A stretch of DNA of 54,654 nucleotides from Candidatus Babeliales bacterium (lineage in GTDB: Bacteria > Babelota > Babeliae > Babelales > JABCYS01): positions 1 through 54,654 of the forward strand of contig JAFGJD010000006.1 of NCBI GenBank assembly GCA_016929235.1, in the 5' to 3' direction. The position numbers and the translations under genes were made by a program. The notes under the pieces are model-generated. The model worked only from the letters and a program-made list of their open reading frames with translations, was not told the origin of the DNA and searched no databases. Below, piece after piece: positions 52,332 through 54,654 of this stretch (its first letter is position 1; every line of letters starts with the position of its first letter).

Positions 52332-53865
52332 GAGCTATTCCTGACTTTTCGAATAAGGTTGGTATCTTCTTTAATGTAAACACATGGCACCATGCACCAG
52401 CCATCTGTTCGATGTTATCGATTCCTGGCTGAATGATGATCGAGTATCCAAGCGCATCAAGCAGCACCATCATTTTATCAGGCATTACCGGCAATAAAAT
52501 AACGCCTATCGTTTTGAGTGCATGACAGGTTGCTGCAATTCGGTCTGCAAATGCGGCCTTATCATTCTTAACAAGCTTCCATGGTTCTTGTGCATGGAAA
52601 AATGCATTCGTTTGATTGATGAACTTCCAGACGTGTCCGAGAGCTTGGTGATAAAGACATCCATCCATTGCCTCACAATAGGCAAGTAACATAGCATTGG
52701 CATGATTGCGCAATTCGTGTGCCTCTGGTGACCATGTATCAGGAGCTTCAACCTTCTCTAGATCATATCGTAATGAAAGGCTCAATGTCCGGTTCAAGAG
52801 ATTACCAAGATCGTTGGCAAGATCAGTTTCAATCTTTTGTTCGAGTTCGGTATCACTAAAATCACCATCATGCGTTACCGCCATCTGGCGCACAAGATAA
52901 TAGCGAACCGGATCGACTCCGTACGTTGCTTGTAATTCCATAGGATCAACAACGTTACCAAACGATTTTGACATCTTCTGTTTGTTTACGGTAATCCATC
53001 CATGCACCAACATATGCTTTGGAAGTGCAAGATTGGATGCCATCAGGAATGCAGGCCAATAAACTGCATGGAATCTCAAGATATCTTTTGCCATGACATG
53101 CAAATTGGCAGGCCACCATTTTTCAAACATTGCTTTTTTGGAGGGATCACCATAACCAACACCTGTAATATAGTTATTGAGTGCATCCGCCCACACGTAC
53201 ACAACGTGCTTGGGATCACCCGGGAATGGAATTCCCCATTTAACTGTTGTACGCGAAATGCTTAAATCCTTAAGCCCTCCCTTCACAAATGAAATCACTT
53301 CGTTAAGCCGCTCACGAGGAATCACAAATTCAGGGCACTCTTCATAAAAAGTAAGAAGTCGATCCTGATACTTGGAAAGTTTAAAGAAGTAGCTCTCTTC
53401 AGACACCAACTGCGTTGCACGACCACATGATGGACATGGTGGCGCATCATCTTGCGTATCGACAAAGGTTTCACATGGCGTACAATACCAGCCTTTATAA
53501 AAATCTTTATAGATATCACCCTTATCAATCAGGTCTTGCAACCACTGCTGTACCGCTTTAATGTGATGCGTATCTGTAGTTCGAATAAAGTGATCATACT
53601 CGATATTGTAAGCTTTCCACGCATCCTTATAAGCAGGGATAAAGCTATCGACAAACACTTGTGGTTCCTTGCCAGCTTTCTCTGCAGCCTGGGCAATCTT
53701 TTGGCCGTGCTCGTCCGTTCCAGTCAGAAAGAAAACCTCCTTACCCTTGAGCTTATTCCAGCGTGCCGCTACATCAGCAAGCAGAGTAGAATACAGCGAC
53801 CCAAGATGAGGTTTAGCAGTCCCATAATAGATGGGAGTCGTAACATAAAAAGTTGATGGTTTCAC
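52321..53865 (-). CDS. metG: Methionine--tRNA ligase (catalytic part)
   Basis: YVTTPIYY, HLGS, GTDEHG, YVWADAL, KDILRFH, KMSKS. Confidence 0.97.
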   Translation of the reverse strand: MKPSTFYVTTPIYYGTAKPHLGSLYSTLLADVAARWNKLKGKEVFFLTGTDEHGQKIAQAAEKAGKEPQVFVDSFIPAYKDAWKAYNIEYDHFIRTTDTHHIKAVQQWLQDLIDKGDIYKDFYKGWYCTPCETFVDTQDDAPPCPSCGRATQLVSEESYFFKLSKYQDRLLTFYEECPEFVIPRERLNEVISFVKGGLKDLSISRTTVKWGIPFPGDPKHVVYVWADALNNYITGVGYGDPSKKAMFEKWWPANLHVMAKDILRFHAVYWPAFLMASNLALPKHMLVHGWITVNKQKMSKSFGNVVDPMELQATYGVDPVRYYLVRQMAVTHDGDFSDTELEQKIETDLANDLGNLLNRTLSLSLRYDLEKVEAPDTWSPEAHELRNHANAMLLAYCEAMDGCLYHQALGHVWKFINQTNAFFHAQEPWKLVKNDKAAFADRIAATCHALKTIGVILLPVMPDKMMVLLDALGYSIIIQPGIDNIEQMAGAWCHVFTLKKIPTLFEKSGIAHGD

Positions 53866-53976
53866 GTTATATCTCCGTGTCTTGGCACCATATATGTGTG
53901 ATTCGGCAGCGTCTCACAGAGTGAGCGTATTACGCAAAAAAAGCAACTTTAATAAAAAGCATACGATCACAAAATC

Positions 53977-54399
53977 CTAGCGAGTCGCATGTTTCGGACT
54001 CATATATACCTGTAGATAATATTCGGCAATATCAGGTCGCTTTATTTCGTGACGTATAAATTCCAGAAAATCACCCTTTCTGTCATTAGGTACGCTCCAA
54101 ACATGTTCAATGCCCTTATCAAATCGCTTCAGGCAATATTCCAATTGTGCAAGGCGAATACAATTAAGATTTGCCCCATCTACCAATAACTCATCCCCCA
54201 TCTCAAGGTTTTCAGGATTATGCTGGTATGCAAGTGCCCGCTCAAGAAAATGCGTCAAGGATTCGTTCATAGATGGAGGCTGATAACCCTGCAAACATCT
54301 TTGGTACAACCTAAAAAATGAGTTCGGATCATAAGTTTCCATAGCACTGCACGACAATCCTATGCACAATAGAGATGAAATCCATAGAGTTCTATTCAT
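53977..54399 (-). CDS. Hypothetical secreted protein
   Basis: GGGGAG RBS; MNRTLWISSLLCIGLSCSA|MET. Confidence 0.7.
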   Translation of the reverse strand: MNRTLWISSLLCIGLSCSAMETYDPNSFFRLYQRCLQGYQPPSMNESLTHFLERALAYQHNPENLEMGDELLVDGANLNCIRLAQLEYCLKRFDKGIEHVWSVPNDRKGDFLEFIRHEIKRPDIAEYYLQVYMSPKHATR

Positions 54400-54496
54400 A
54401 ATAGAAAGCTCCCCATACAATAAAACAGGCGGTGTTCCATCAATTCAGAAATAGCCAGTCTCCAACACCCTTAGAAACCGATTATCTACACCAAAA

Positions 54497-54654
54497 CTAC
54501 CCCGCTCTTAAAGAAACCCACGCCTTCTCTAAGATATTTCTATTAATATGCTCTTTAAAAAAGCTAAAATTACTCATTCTTTTCGGCCAAGAATCCACTT
54601 GAGCCTGAAGCTCAGCAGACATCACCTCGAGACGCACATCCTGGCGCGATGGCA
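54497..54654 (-). CDS. Possible 3' end of an ORF entering from beyond the window
   Basis: One minus frame is open from the edge: PSRQDVRLEVMSAELQAQVDSWPKR...RAG*; no recognisable motif. Confidence 0.35.
   Translation of the reverse strand, partial: PSRQDVRLEVMSAELQAQVDSWPKRMSNFSFFKEHINRNILEKAWVSLRAG

Noticed and set aside
53866..53976. T-box or SAM riboswitch upstream of metG
   Set aside because: Only about 110 bp; no T-box consensus or SAM-I core visible

Overview
A gene-dense bacterial chromosomal segment (standard genetic code). I found no CRISPR array, rRNA gene, prophage or transposase. It mixes housekeeping genes (partial cmk, recJ, lysS, Fe/Mn SOD, ftsB, ctpA, rpsI, dksA, tadA, gyrB, tilS, dnaJ, sufS/sufU, nurA, hup, two lepB, batABCDE-like, plsC, topA, ferritin, split metG) and three tRNAs (Thr-CGU, Leu-UAA, Cys-GCA) with many short orphan ORFs carrying Sec-type signal peptides. 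That mix suggests a host-associated intracellular bacterium such as Ca. Dependentiae/TM6 (inference, not proven). The only clear mobile element is a 432-aa HNH-endonuclease intein in gyrB. Most interesting signals: (i) seven mostly unrelated secreted orphans share an [A/G]|M-[E/D/P/V] signal-cleavage signature, alongside tandem, intact LepB paralogues and a split GspE/PilB ATPase; (ii) a 5.2-kb opposite-strand block between sufS and sufU encodes a membrane coiled-coil protein and four exported HAD paralogues alternating degenerate and intact catalytic motifs; (iii) a secreted atypical kinase-like protein; (iv) signal-peptide-like extensions on normally cytoplasmic SpeD and SufS; (v) two candidate structured RNA leaders. 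Several start codons were moved from the ORF track using RBS and signal-peptide context.
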